Of a stretch of DNA of 64,000 nucleotides, positions 62,430 through 64,000 are shown piece by piece. The notes below the pieces were generated by a model. It did not search any database. It worked only from the letters and a program-made list of their open reading frames with translations, and had not been told where the DNA came from. How positions within the stretch are numbered: position 1 is the first letter of the stretch; each line of letters begins with the position of its first letter. The stretch covers positions 133,121,741 through 133,185,740 of the forward strand of contig CM041465.1 in NCBI GenBank assembly GCA_023213395.1. The letters are read 5' to 3'. The stretch is from Cycas panzhihuaensis (taxonomy: Eukaryota > Plantae > Cycadophyta). The position numbers were made by a program, and so were the translations under genes.

Positions 62430-64000
62430 TGTTTCCTAGCTTCCAGGAATGGATATGGAGAGGTTGACTCAGGTAAGTGCAGGTATGTTTCTCACCTTAT
62501 TTTTGCTTTTTGTGAGGAGTATTTGCTTGCATGCTATGTTTTTCGTAGATGGTTTGCACTGTCTACACCTATTTAGCTTATGACGACTATAGCGAGGGCA
62601 CACTTCCAGCAAGTGTGGCACCCCGATGGGGCGTCGCCTCCCGTAATCTGCCCTACTCCCCTTAAGACTCACTTGATTTATGTGATGATCACTCTTATAT
62701 TGATTCATCACCATTTAGTCTCCTTATTGCATCCTTGGGTCCCATGATTACCTTTCTTGTGGCTCTTGGTCTGTTGTTTGCCTCTGGGCAGGTGGGCCCG
62801 CCCTCCTTTCGGCCTCCTAGTACACTGGTCCATAGCCCTGGCTGGCTGTTTGGGCTAGTTTGGTCTTCTAGTCCCACACCACGGCAAATTTCGTGGTACC
62901 ACAAAGTTTCCTGCGGTGTGACTGTTATAATTTATTTTTTAAAACCACCGTGGCAATTCTCACATTTATTGTGGAATTGCCACGTGTCCTTCGACCCACC
63001 TCAATGCCAGCCAAGCCCTAATCGCTCGATTAGGGTTAAATGGTATTTAAGCCCATCTCAACTCATTTTTAGGATCTTTTGGCTCTCTTTGGAAGGATTA
63101 CAAAGGAAAAACACCCTATTATCTGCTGCATTTCCAGGACCTGCAATTGCTCCTCTGCACCCAACTCTCCTTAGGCTTCGCTGTGACATCTTCACAGCTC
63201 ATTGCACGCCTTGGAGAGGGCCTCCTTGAGGACTTTTCAGGGTCTCTTTGCCCAGGTAGTCACCAAGTGGTCCCAGAAGCAGGATTTCCCTCAGCCATCT
63301 CAGTAGGGGCTCCATACTTACTGTACTTTAGCCTTTTCTTAGGTTTTCCAGCCTCTTCTCAATAGGCTTTTGTAGAGAAAAATACCTCCCACTTTCTCTC
63401 GAGGTATTTATTGATTTAAAGTCATTTCTTTACTCAGTTTATGCCCAGAGTTGTGTATGTTTGTCACTAGTTTTCTTCTCCTTATTTCAAGCGTTTGTTT
63501 CCTGCTTTCTCTTTGATTTCTCTCAGCTTCTTAAGCCTCTTTTCCTGTGTTTCACACCCAGGACAATGGCTAAAGATGACTCCATAGGGTTTGGGATAGA
63601 GTTGGGTGGATCCCGTACCACCTTTACGTTCCCTAAGGGGCTTCCTCCCTCCAAACCCTCCTCTTTTGCCCCCGTGCTGTCCTTGGAGTGGGCAAGGGAT
63701 TAGAGGACCATTCCAGTTACTGAAACTAGCATTTGCACCTGTTGCAACGCTGGTTTGTAGGCCCATTCCTTCCATCTGGGAAATGCATAAGCCCTAGAAA
63801 TTTTTTCTAGCTCAATTCTTCTCTCAATGGCCTAGTTTGCTTCCTATAGTATTACGACTCATTGAGGACTTCCTTGGGCTCTTGTGCACCTTTGTTGCCC
63901 CTGTTTATAGCTAGCTATATAGCCATACCCTTACTGCCCTGTGGTTTCTTGAGGGAGGGTAGAGTTGCCCTTTGTAGGAGGTGGGTCACTCCGAGGCTCA
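62430..64000 (+). mobile_element. Start of a second copy of the large-LTR family at 16756-19682 (runs off the window)
   Basis: Begins TGTTTC..aggaatggatatggagaggttgactcaggtaag, matching the reverse complement of 19635-19682; shares tagcYtatgacgac and the hairpin block. Confidence 0.8.

Noticed and set aside
62469-63797. Cluster of short overlapping ORFs
   Set aside because: Lie within the GC-richer LTR-family sequence, are not conserved in frame with copy 1, and show no domain motifs

Overview
AT-rich, gene-free eukaryotic intergenic DNA, most likely from a large plant genome (tRNA-iMet PBSs, a chromovirus, an L1 with RNase H). It consists almost entirely of nested, C>T-decayed retroelements; no intact protein-coding or RNA gene is supportable. 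Layout: (1) a + strand Ty3 chromovirus (RT-RH-INT-chromodomain) is split inside RT by a 10-kb - strand gag/protease-only LTR element (246-bp LTRs, TSD TCTAA). That element contains a ~6.4-kb (AT)n tract with perfect palindromes whose rare variants are mirrored. (2) A 2.9-kb GC-richer solo-LTR-like insertion (TSD AGGAT) has a second, inverted family member at the window end, and both keep the same hairpins. (3) A Ty3 gag remnant is split by two Ty1/copia elements. The first hosts a 5'-truncated L1 LINE (14-bp TSD) and a 2.6-kb LTR element with a ~420-bp internal inverted repeat; the second hosts a deleted copia. (4) A 254-bp fold-back element has integrase-type ends (TG..CA, 5-bp TSD). (5) There is another copia, a copia remnant and short tandem arrays. 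All alignments and counts were done by eye.
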